64,000 nucleotides of DNA. Origin: a virus. Below the pieces are notes generated by a model, which did not search any database, was not told the origin of the DNA, and saw only the letters and a program-made list of their open reading frames with translations. How positions within the stretch are numbered: position 1 is the first letter of the stretch; each line of letters starts with the position of its first letter. The position numbers were made by a program, and so were the translations under genes. Positions 56,839 through 64,000 of the stretch are shown here, piece after piece. The DNA lies in the UHGV virus genome UHGV-0017507. One strand, given 5' to 3'.

Positions 56839-57461
56839 AAAAATATAATCATTATAAATTTCTTGAAGATTGTGTATTAGTATATCCTCAAGATAGAGAC
56901 GATATTTATACTATTTTAGATTATAAGTGGTATGAATATTTTAAGGAACAACAGATTTATTTGTATCCTAAGAGAGATAGAAACAACGGGTATTATTGGT
57001 GTTATCGTGAGGGGAAGAAAACTACTATTCGAGTTCATTCGGTTATTTGTTGTCCGCATTGTGACCATAAAAATGGTAATAAATCCGATAATAGAGAAGA
57101 AAATTTAAGACCCGCAACATCAAGTCAAAATAGGATGAATACACCTATTCGTAGAGGTAATAAAACAGGTTATAAAGGCGTTCAAAGCGCAAGAGATAAA
57201 TTTTGTGTACAATTAAGGTATAAAGGTAAACTAATGTATTTTGGGGCTTTTGATACCCCCGAAGAAGCGGCAAAAGTTTATGATTTAGCAGCATTAAAAT
57301 ATTTTGGAGAATTTGCTTGGACGAATTTTCCTAAAGAAAATTATAGTTTAGAAGATATTGAAAATGTAACACCGTCCACTATGAAAAATAGAAAGCGTGT
57401 GTATAAAAAGGGGCCAGAATATGAATTTTTTGGATTATGCTTCTACTTGTCCTGTAGTTAA
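56835..57461 (+). CDS. HNH homing endonuclease with an AP2-type DNA-binding domain.
   Basis: HSVICCPHCDHKNGNKSDNREENLRPATSSQN is the HNH motif. GYKGVQSARDKFCVQLRYKGKLMYFGAFDTPEEAAKVYD is AP2-like. AT-rich gene that overlaps the next gene's start. Confidence 0.7.
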   Translation: MKKYNHYKFLEDCVLVYPQDRDDIYTILDYKWYEYFKEQQIYLYPKRDRNNGYYWCYREGKKTTIRVHSVICCPHCDHKNGNKSDNREENLRPATSSQNRMNTPIRRGNKTGYKGVQSARDKFCVQLRYKGKLMYFGAFDTPEEAAKVYDLAALKYFGEFAWTNFPKENYSLEDIENVTPSTMKNRKRVYKKGPEYEFFGLCFYLSCS

Positions 57462-58521
57462 GTATCCTCAACTATTATATACTAAATTATATTGTGATAC
57501 AGCAGGGCGAGAATGTTTTTTTAACCCCAATGCTAACTATGCTTACAAGGAAAAACGTCTATTAGCTGAAGCAGAAAACAGAGTAAAGAAGGCTATTGGG
57601 GCAAGGGGTGGTAAAGTTGTTTTTGGTGGTACGAGTAGTCAGTTGATTGAGAATTTGATGCATGTTAATCACGATTGTCAAGTATGGTGTTCGCCTTGGG
57701 AACATGATAGCTTTTTTAGATACGCTGATGTCAATAATATTGTATCAGACTTGGACGAATTGGAATCTTGGCTAAAGACGGCCCTGCCTTCTGAGATTGA
57801 TGATTTTTATGTAAGTAGACCTGTTGTAATGTGGCAAGCCGTACAAAACATTACAGGTGAAATTTTCCCAGTTAAGCAGATTGGCGAACTTGTTCATAAA
57901 TATAACGGGTTTTATATCTGTGATGGTACAGCACAGCTTGGGCATACGCCTATTGAGCCTAATATTGACGATTGGTGCGACTTTTGGTGTTGCAGTGGAC
58001 ACAAAGCCGGAACAGAACTTGGCATTGGATGCTGTTGGATTTCTGACCGTTTAGACAAGTGGCTCAATGGTTTTAAGCTCCACGGTACACCTAACCTTGC
58101 TGGTGCATTGGCTTTGGTACAGGCGGTTGAGGATGCTTGCATTGGCAAAAACATTCAAAAACATAACAAACTATGGGACAAATTATCTGATAAGCTTGAG
58201 AGTCTTTTGAATAAAAATAATATTAAACATACTTTTGTGCCATTTGTGCTAAACGAATGGACAACGGCAATCAACGCCATTCGCCTATCCGGATTTAATG
58301 CAGATGCCCTTCAACAATATCTTGCATCTAAGCAAATCTATGTATCCATTGGCGGTTCGGCTTGTGCTGAAAAGCATGACTATCGAGTGCTAAACGCCTA
58401 TGGGCTGAGTAACGACGAGGCCAGTGAGGTTATCAGGGTTAGTTTTGGTGAAGATAGTAGTGTTGAGGATGTAGAGGCGTTGGTTGAAGGAATTAAGAAT
58501 TTTAAGGAGCTGTATCTATGA
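57421..58521 (+). CDS. Cysteine desulfurase (NifS/IscS-like class V PLP enzyme).
   Basis: LDYASTCPV aligns with the IscS LDYSATTPV segment. FWCCSGHKAG carries the PLP-binding Lys. SIGGSACAEKHDY aligns with the IscS catalytic loop SSGSACTS. The C-terminus VIRVSFGEDSS is typical of this family. Confidence 0.6.
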   Translation: MNFLDYASTCPVVKYPQLLYTKLYCDTAGRECFFNPNANYAYKEKRLLAEAENRVKKAIGARGGKVVFGGTSSQLIENLMHVNHDCQVWCSPWEHDSFFRYADVNNIVSDLDELESWLKTALPSEIDDFYVSRPVVMWQAVQNITGEIFPVKQIGELVHKYNGFYICDGTAQLGHTPIEPNIDDWCDFWCCSGHKAGTELGIGCCWISDRLDKWLNGFKLHGTPNLAGALALVQAVEDACIGKNIQKHNKLWDKLSDKLESLLNKNNIKHTFVPFVLNEWTTAINAIRLSGFNADALQQYLASKQIYVSIGGSACAEKHDYRVLNAYGLSNDEASEVIRVSFGEDSSVEDVEALVEGIKNFKELYL

Positions 58522-58961
58522 GACTAATCAAATCTAACAACATTGAACCTGAATACCCTAAACGCCATATTTGTGATAATTGTGGGGCAGAGCTTGAATA
58601 TGATAAGGAAGATGTACACATTGGTTGGATGGGTTGCGAGTATGTGACTTGCCCAGCTTGTAATAGCGAGACTGCGGTAGGCAACCAGAGGGTACAGCCT
58701 CCTACTTGGAAAGCGACCTTCCATCATGTAAGCACTGAAATGGGCGCAGTTGATGTCAAAGACACTGAAATTCAAGTCTATGTAGACAAGGTTATTGAAA
58801 ACCTATGCTCTGATAAGTGGAAACCCGGTGAGTTCTGTGTTACAGGAACAGGCAATCTTCTTGTTGTGGGAATTAAATGGGAAGATGGCGTAGAAATTTA
58901 TATAACCAAGGATTATTGGGAAGATAATATTATCCCCGAAGATTATGGTATGGTAAAGTGA
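58518..58961 (+). CDS. Hypothetical Zn-ribbon protein.
   Basis: CDNCG...CPAC. Confidence 0.35.
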   Translation: MRLIKSNNIEPEYPKRHICDNCGAELEYDKEDVHIGWMGCEYVTCPACNSETAVGNQRVQPPTWKATFHHVSTEMGAVDVKDTEIQVYVDKVIENLCSDKWKPGEFCVTGTGNLLVVGIKWEDGVEIYITKDYWEDNIIPEDYGMVK

Positions 58962-58971
58962 GGTTAAGGTA

Positions 58972-60063
58972 ATGGGTAAGGTTGATGTTAAAAAACTCAA
59001 GAAGGCATTGACCTTATCGCATTACGATACCATCCTTCGTGAGCTTGGTATCCCTATCTTTAGTAAGAGCAATACTGAATGGCGTTGTTGGTCTGGTGAA
59101 AAAAATCGCAATCCAATGGACGGTAGCCCAGCCCTTGTATTCTTCCCTGATACTAAGATATTCATAGGTTACACCAGTTCAAGAAGTTATGACGCAATTG
59201 CGCTAGTCCAAACCCGCCTAAATCTGCTTGGCCAAACTTGCTCATTCATTGATGCTTGTAACTGGATTCTTGAAAAAACTGGCCTCGACCCAACCAAGAT
59301 AACCAAGCCCCTTACAAATAGCCATGTTTATGACTGGTCTGAACTTGAGCGGTTTGTTAGGGTAAGAAAGTATGGTAATCAACTACCAGAGTACAATCGT
59401 AACATCATCGACACTCTACCCCCACTATACCCCCAAGCATGGATAGATGAGGGTATAAGCGAAGAAACAATGGCCAAATATCAGATACGATATTATGAGC
59501 GTTGTAACCAGACTGTAATACCATGTTTTGATGATGAAGCGAGATTGATTGGGGTTAGAGTCAGGAATTGGGACAAAGATAGGGTTGAACAGGCTAAATA
59601 TATGCCGTTGATTACACTGGATGGTCAGTGTTATAAGTTTAATACTAATCAGGTGTTCTATGGGATTAACTATAACAAGCCCATGATTGAGCAGACTGGT
59701 GAGGTTTGGCTAGGAGAGTCAGAAAAGTTTGTTCTCAAGTTAGATGGGTGGTTCGGCCCTAAATCATGTGCCCTTGCTATGTACGGTCATCAACTTGGTA
59801 TGCAACGCAGAAACCAACTAATCAAGATGGGCGTTAAACAAGTTATATATGTACCAGATTGTGACTTCATCGGTCAAGACGATGCCTTCTTTGAGAATTG
59901 GTGCAAGTCTGTAAGACGGCTATGTGATATGTTCAAAGGGTATTGTCAGGTTGATATAGTGTGGGATGATAGTGGTGAGTTGTTGGGGGCAAAAGAAAAC
60001 GCAAGTGATAGAGATAAAGAAACGTGGGATAAATTGTGGGAAAGTAGAGAGAGGTATTTATGA
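58972..60063 (+). CDS. DnaG-like primase with zinc-binding and TOPRIM-like regions.
   Basis: The N-terminus KIFIGYTSSRSYDAIALVQTRLNLLGQTCSFIDACNWILEKTG follows the DnaG zinc-binding-domain pattern. The acidic segments VWLGESEKF and YVPDCDFIGQDDA fit an E...DxD TOPRIM layout. Confidence 0.45.
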   Translation: MGKVDVKKLKKALTLSHYDTILRELGIPIFSKSNTEWRCWSGEKNRNPMDGSPALVFFPDTKIFIGYTSSRSYDAIALVQTRLNLLGQTCSFIDACNWILEKTGLDPTKITKPLTNSHVYDWSELERFVRVRKYGNQLPEYNRNIIDTLPPLYPQAWIDEGISEETMAKYQIRYYERCNQTVIPCFDDEARLIGVRVRNWDKDRVEQAKYMPLITLDGQCYKFNTNQVFYGINYNKPMIEQTGEVWLGESEKFVLKLDGWFGPKSCALAMYGHQLGMQRRNQLIKMGVKQVIYVPDCDFIGQDDAFFENWCKSVRRLCDMFKGYCQVDIVWDDSGELLGAKENASDRDKETWDKLWESRERYL

Positions 60064-60380
60064 AACTGTTTTTATTAGGCTTTTTGGCCTGTTATATCAT
60101 TGCGTCTTTGTTTTATTTTCTTGATGATGAAGCAGGCACATATTTAATGGCAGTTTTTGTTACGCCTTGGGTTGCTGTTTGGGTAGCTGTTTTATTTATT
60201 CCTCGTATTATTTGGCGATTTGTGTGGGTTTGTTTTAACCCTGCCCGGCCAGATGCTATGGAAATCTTAAAAGATGCTTATGTTAAACACCTGCTTGGAG
60301 AGATTTATTTCTGTTATGATAAAAAAGCTAAAAGCTGGATGAATAAAGTTTTCTTGTTTAGATATAAGGAGGATAAATAA
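60060..60380 (+). CDS. Membrane protein with two TM helices.
   Basis: The hydrophobic segments LFLLGFLACYIIASLFYFL and GTYLMAVFVTPWVAVWVAVLFIP are consistent with two transmembrane helices. Confidence 0.35.
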   Translation: MKLFLLGFLACYIIASLFYFLDDEAGTYLMAVFVTPWVAVWVAVLFIPRIIWRFVWVCFNPARPDAMEILKDAYVKHLLGEIYFCYDKKAKSWMNKVFLFRYKEDK

Positions 60381-61085
60381 ATGCCCAAACTGCTTGTTTG
60401 TTGTGAAGAATCTCAGCGTGTTTGTATGGCTTTTAGAGAAAGAGGATGGGAGGCTTATAGTTGTGATATTGAGCCTTGTTCCGGTGGCCATCCTGAATGG
60501 CACATCCAGCAAGATGTGCTGCCTCTAATCAATGGTGATTGTGAGTTTGATACGGTTGACGGTGAACATCATATTATCGAAGGTGAATGGGATTTGTTGA
60601 TTTGTCACCCACCTTGCACTTATCTTACTGTAGCTGGGAATCGTTGGTTTAATGTAGACAAATATGGAGATAAGGCACTTCAGCGTATGATAGATAGAGA
60701 AGGAGCGGTCGAGTTCTTTATGGCCTTTGTTAATGCCAAATGCGCACATATCGCCATAGAGAATCCTGTAGGTATTATGTCTAAGCGTTATCGCAAACCT
60801 AACCAAATCATCCAGCCCTATCAGTTTGGCGAACACGCAAGAAAAGGAACTTGTTTGTGGTTAAATGGACTACCCAATCTTGAGCCTACTGACGTTGTAG
60901 ACCCTGGCGATATCCTTAAAGGCGGGTATAGTGTTGGTGCTTCGGCTAACTGGGCAACTAATGATAAAGGCAAAATTTTACGTTGGAATGACCCCGAAAC
61001 AGCCAAAGCCAGAAGTAAGACTTTTATTGGCGTTGCAAAAGCAATGGCAAATCAGTGGGGCAAGTTTATCGAAAATAATACTTGA
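60381..61085 (+). CDS. C5-cytosine methyltransferase-fold protein whose AdoMet motif I is degenerate.
   Basis: DLLICHPPCTYLTVAGNRW aligns with motif IV (PCQxFSxAG, with a catalytic Cys). IAIENPVGIM aligns with motif VI (ENV). QPYQFGEHARKG loosely resembles motif VIII. In place of the FxGxGG loop the N-terminus reads LLVCCEESQRVCMAF. At 234 aa there is no large target-recognition domain. Confidence 0.4.
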   Translation: MPKLLVCCEESQRVCMAFRERGWEAYSCDIEPCSGGHPEWHIQQDVLPLINGDCEFDTVDGEHHIIEGEWDLLICHPPCTYLTVAGNRWFNVDKYGDKALQRMIDREGAVEFFMAFVNAKCAHIAIENPVGIMSKRYRKPNQIIQPYQFGEHARKGTCLWLNGLPNLEPTDVVDPGDILKGGYSVGASANWATNDKGKILRWNDPETAKARSKTFIGVAKAMANQWGKFIENNT

Positions 61086-61110
61086 CAATAAAAGATAATC
61101 ATGCTATACT
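61082..61110 (+). promoter_or_regulatory. Sigma70-like promoter.
   Basis: TTGACA-N17-TATACT. Confidence 0.5.
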
Positions 61111-61134
61111 CTATTTATCAAAGGAGGTTATAGC

Positions 61135-61305
61135 ATGATTATTTTTAAGGAGAACAAAGTGACTGGCCTATCTTGCGGTGTTAATGATTGGGGAGAGTTG
61201 TTTATTGGCGATGATAAAAGTGGAGCTAATATGTCTAATACACCTGAGAACAAAGAGTATGTCTTAAAACAGTTTGATTGGTGGAATAATAAAAGTTCAA
61301 ATTAA
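61135..61305 (+). CDS. 56-aa small protein.
   Basis: ATG after AAAGGAGGTTATAGC. Sits between two promoters. Confidence 0.3.
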   Translation: MIIFKENKVTGLSCGVNDWGELFIGDDKSGANMSNTPENKEYVLKQFDWWNNKSSN

Positions 61306-61308
61306 CTC

Positions 61309-61337
61309 TTGACAAAAGCCTTTTGGTGTGGTATTAT
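61309..61337 (+). promoter_or_regulatory. Sigma70-like promoter.
   Basis: TTGACA-N17-TATTAT. Confidence 0.5.
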
Positions 61338-61373
61338 CATTACATCAAAAGGCTTTGCCTATTATGAGGAGGT

Positions 61374-61820
61374 TTGTATATGTACGAACAGTATACTGAT
61401 GAGCAGATTGTTGAGATGCTTGTGCCCAAGCTGAATAAAGCTACCATGGGGTGTGATTGGACTGGCATTACCAAATATCCCAACGCTAATGAAAACCTGA
61501 TTAAGGCCATCGCCACCATCTACCGTTCAGCCTACATCCGGGGGCAACTTGGTCGGAGTTTTATTATTGGTAGGTCTAAGCAGACCGAGCATTGGGTTCC
61601 TGCAAACAAAGATAATGTCAAGGTCGGTAGTAAGGTTAGGATGATTGATGGTGAAGCTCATAATACAGACCGCTATTGGTTCCCTATTGTTGGGACATTA
61701 GGTATTGTAGAAGAGATTAGCTATAATAACTGTATAGTTCAATGGCCAAAAGGTACGACCACTGGAAAAAGTAAATGGTGGTGTAACTACGAGCGTCTTG
61801 AGGTACTACTATGCGAGTAA
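61374..61820 (+). CDS. Hypothetical protein.
   Basis: ORF after ATGAGGAGGTTTGTAT. Confidence 0.4.
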   Translation: MYMYEQYTDEQIVEMLVPKLNKATMGCDWTGITKYPNANENLIKAIATIYRSAYIRGQLGRSFIIGRSKQTEHWVPANKDNVKVGSKVRMIDGEAHNTDRYWFPIVGTLGIVEEISYNNCIVQWPKGTTTGKSKWWCNYERLEVLLCE

Positions 61821-63460
61821 AACCTCTACTATCTAAAATCAACCCAGATACGTTTATTGAGGATTATCTACAAGCTCATGGGGTTGAGCAAACCGCCCTA
61901 TATCTCAGTCCAGAAGAAGGGTGCTTAGACAACCCCCGATTCTATCCTAATATGGATAAAGGTGCCGAATTGCTGAAGCAAGCGGTTGATAATGATTGGA
62001 AGATTGGCTTATTGGTTGATGTTGATTGTGACGGTATGTGTTCTGCAACTATCGTTCGTCAGTTCCTTAACACTCAATATAACATTGACCCTGTTATCTA
62101 CATCCGTAAGGGCAAGGCTCATGGCTTAAGAAAGTCGGCCTCAGATGATATTGTACCCAAGATTATTGAAGATAGCTGTCAACTGCTGATTGTGCCGGAT
62201 GCTGGAAGCAATGATGTTGATGAATGTCAAGAATTGCTAATGCACAGATGTCATACCTTGGTTTTAGATCACCACAAGATTGAGATTGATAACCCTTGGG
62301 CTGTTGTCATAAATCATCATTTGGGCGAAGGGCTGAACACAGCACTATCTGGTACAGGTGTAACGGCCAAGTTTATTGAATATTACTGTCAGAAATATGG
62401 CTTGTTTATCCCTTATATGGATGACCTTGTGGCCATGTCTATTATCTCTGACAGCTGTGACCTAACGGCCTTAGAGAACAGATACTATGTTCATAACGGC
62501 CTACACAACGTCCAAAACCCCCTAATCCAAGCTATGTTGCCTTCAGCAGTCAAGCGTTATGGTCTAACGCCCACTGGTTATAGTTGGGCCATGATTCCGC
62601 TAATCAATGCTGTATGCCGTAAGGAAGAGACAGATGAAAAGCATGAGTTGTTTGATGCTTTTTGTGGTCATGGTGATATTGAGTCTACTCTAAAGATGTG
62701 CCGTTCGGCCCACCGCCTACAAACAGAGATAATAAAACAGGCCGTAGAGGATGTTGAGCCTACTCTCAACCTTGACCATAAGGTGATTATTGGGTTTTGT
62801 GATAGTGGGTTAGCCAATCAAATTGGCCTGATTGCTAATAAGTTCCAAGGCAAGTACAATAAACCTACCATTCTACTGCGTCAAGCAAGTTCTACAACAT
62901 GGTCTGGTAGTCTGAGAAGCCCTGTTGATTTGACTGACGTGGTTAATGAGTCTGGTTTGGCTAAGGCTATGGGCCACAATCAAGCTGCTGGTGTATTGGT
63001 TCGTAAGTCTAATCTTAACCGCCTGATTGCTTATCTTGATAAGGCTGATTTCCCGCTTGAACCTGAGATTGATGTGGCCGGGTATATCGCCCCTAAACAA
63101 ATCAATAACAAGCTCTGTAAGGCTTGTGAGGATAATGCTGAGTTGTGGGGTCAAGGGCTTAGAGAACCCACCTTCTACATCAACGCCGAAATTGACGAAA
63201 CCAACGTACAGGTCTTTGAAAAGCGTACTACAACAGTAAAAATTACAGTAAATGGCGTTGATTTTCTGCTGTTTATGGCCACCCCCAAACAAGTAGACAA
63301 GTTAACACAAAGGGGTAAAAAAAGCCTATCTTTGATTGTAAGTTTATCTACGAATGAATGGAATGGTGTGGTTAAGCCTCAAGGTAAGATTAAGCAGTTT
63401 GAGGTTGGTAAGGCTGCGGATAAGGATGAAAGTGAAGAAAGTTGGATGAATGATTTTTGA
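61811..63460 (+). CDS. DHH-family phosphoesterase (RecJ-like).
   Basis: Motifs LVDVDCDGMCS (DxD), LVLDHHK (DHH) and MGHNQAAGV (GGGH-like) in the RecJ order. Confidence 0.5.
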   Translation: MRVKPLLSKINPDTFIEDYLQAHGVEQTALYLSPEEGCLDNPRFYPNMDKGAELLKQAVDNDWKIGLLVDVDCDGMCSATIVRQFLNTQYNIDPVIYIRKGKAHGLRKSASDDIVPKIIEDSCQLLIVPDAGSNDVDECQELLMHRCHTLVLDHHKIEIDNPWAVVINHHLGEGLNTALSGTGVTAKFIEYYCQKYGLFIPYMDDLVAMSIISDSCDLTALENRYYVHNGLHNVQNPLIQAMLPSAVKRYGLTPTGYSWAMIPLINAVCRKEETDEKHELFDAFCGHGDIESTLKMCRSAHRLQTEIIKQAVEDVEPTLNLDHKVIIGFCDSGLANQIGLIANKFQGKYNKPTILLRQASSTTWSGSLRSPVDLTDVVNESGLAKAMGHNQAAGVLVRKSNLNRLIAYLDKADFPLEPEIDVAGYIAPKQINNKLCKACEDNAELWGQGLREPTFYINAEIDETNVQVFEKRTTTVKITVNGVDFLLFMATPKQVDKLTQRGKKSLSLIVSLSTNEWNGVVKPQGKIKQFEVGKAADKDESEESWMNDF

Positions 63461-63972
63461 TAAAAGAAAATATTTATATTTTTAAAAAAGATTACGGCGT
63501 TTGTTATACTAATAATAATCTTGAATATTTTATATTCGATTTAGAAGACTATGAATTGATTTCTGAAAGAATTTGGACAAGAAACAAACAAGGATATTTT
63601 ATTTCAAAATACAGAACACATAAAAATCAAATTTTACTTCATAGACTAATTATGGGAAGCCCAAAAGGAATGGATATTGACCACATAAATGGAGACAAAC
63701 AAGATAATCGAAGGTTAAATTTACGAATTACAACACGTCAACAAAATTCTTTTAATAAACACCCAATAAATAAAATTATGGGCGTATATTATGAAGCAGA
63801 TAGAGATAAATGGTGTGCAATGCTTTATATAAAAGACAAAGGAACTTTTAGAAAAAGATTTGCAACACAAAAAGAAGCAATTAAATATAGATTACAATGT
63901 GAATTACAATTTTTTGGAGAAGATTTTGCACCGCAAAGACATTTATTTAAACAATATAATATAAAAGTGTAA
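63457..63972 (+). CDS. HNH homing endonuclease with an AP2-type DNA-binding domain.
   Basis: LHRLIMGSPKGMDIDHINGDKQDNRRLNLRITTRQQN is the HNH motif. GVYYEADRDKWCAMLYIKDKGTFRKRFATQKEAIKYR is AP2-like. Very AT-rich. Confidence 0.65.
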   Translation: MIKENIYIFKKDYGVCYTNNNLEYFIFDLEDYELISERIWTRNKQGYFISKYRTHKNQILLHRLIMGSPKGMDIDHINGDKQDNRRLNLRITTRQQNSFNKHPINKIMGVYYEADRDKWCAMLYIKDKGTFRKRFATQKEAIKYRLQCELQFFGEDFAPQRHLFKQYNIKV

Positions 63973-64000
63973 GATATGTAGGATTATGATAAGCTGTTTC

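Noticed and set aside
1-64000. CRISPR arrays or a cas locus.
   Set aside because: No regularly spaced direct repeats of 24-48 nt were seen anywhere. The repeats present are promoter cassettes and low-complexity tracts.

Overview
This window looks like a contiguous piece of a tailed dsDNA phage, or prophage interior, of a low-GC Gram-positive host. Evidence for the host: AGGAGG ribosome-binding sites, many TTGACA-N17-TATAAT promoters with an extended TG, and a SleB-like lysin that points towards a spore-forming Firmicute.

Layout. A divergent early-promoter hub sits at about 32.2-32.6 kb. To its left, everything runs on the minus strand: an 869-aa protein carrying the universal two-barrel RNA-polymerase catalytic motif (RxPxLYR, then about 40 aa, then DVDGD), two HU-like proteins, a metallophosphatase, a terminase small-subunit candidate and the large terminase, portal, protease/scaffold, HK97-like capsid, Ig-domain tail proteins, a 1125-aa tape measure and tail fibres. 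Three freestanding homing endonucleases, a RuvC-like resolvase and a self-promoted membrane 'moron' interrupt this arm. To the right, on the plus strand, lie early and replication genes: a DUF4041/T5orf172 protein, dCMP deaminase, a beta-class DNA methyltransferase, an SSB plus Sak4-like ATPase pair, a DnaB-like helicase, a DnaG-like primase, an MBL/beta-CASP nuclease, a cysteine desulfurase, a C5-methyltransferase-fold protein with a degenerate AdoMet motif, a DHH/RecJ-like protein and two HNH-AP2 endonucleases.

The accessory zone between 37.9 and 45.3 kb is the unusual part:
- A 1.3-kb divergent noncoding region with a G-rich stretch followed by a roughly 350-nt tract almost free of G.
- A GC-rich island of small genes, each behind a reiterated ATTGCAA-type promoter cassette.
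- A mirror roughly 460-nt tract almost free of C.
- A SleB-like lysin, and a gene split by a G7 homopolymer.
- A promoter-driven tRNA with anticodon UAU, followed by about 950 nt of ORF-free, GC-rich, helix-dense sequence, which I read as a candidate large structured RNA of the GOLLD/ROOL kind.
- A tyrosine integrase whose promoter is near-identical to the tRNA promoter.

Capsid and tail genes use visibly GC-richer codons than the homing-endonuclease and accessory genes. Everything here is manual reading of the sequence; no database searches were possible.
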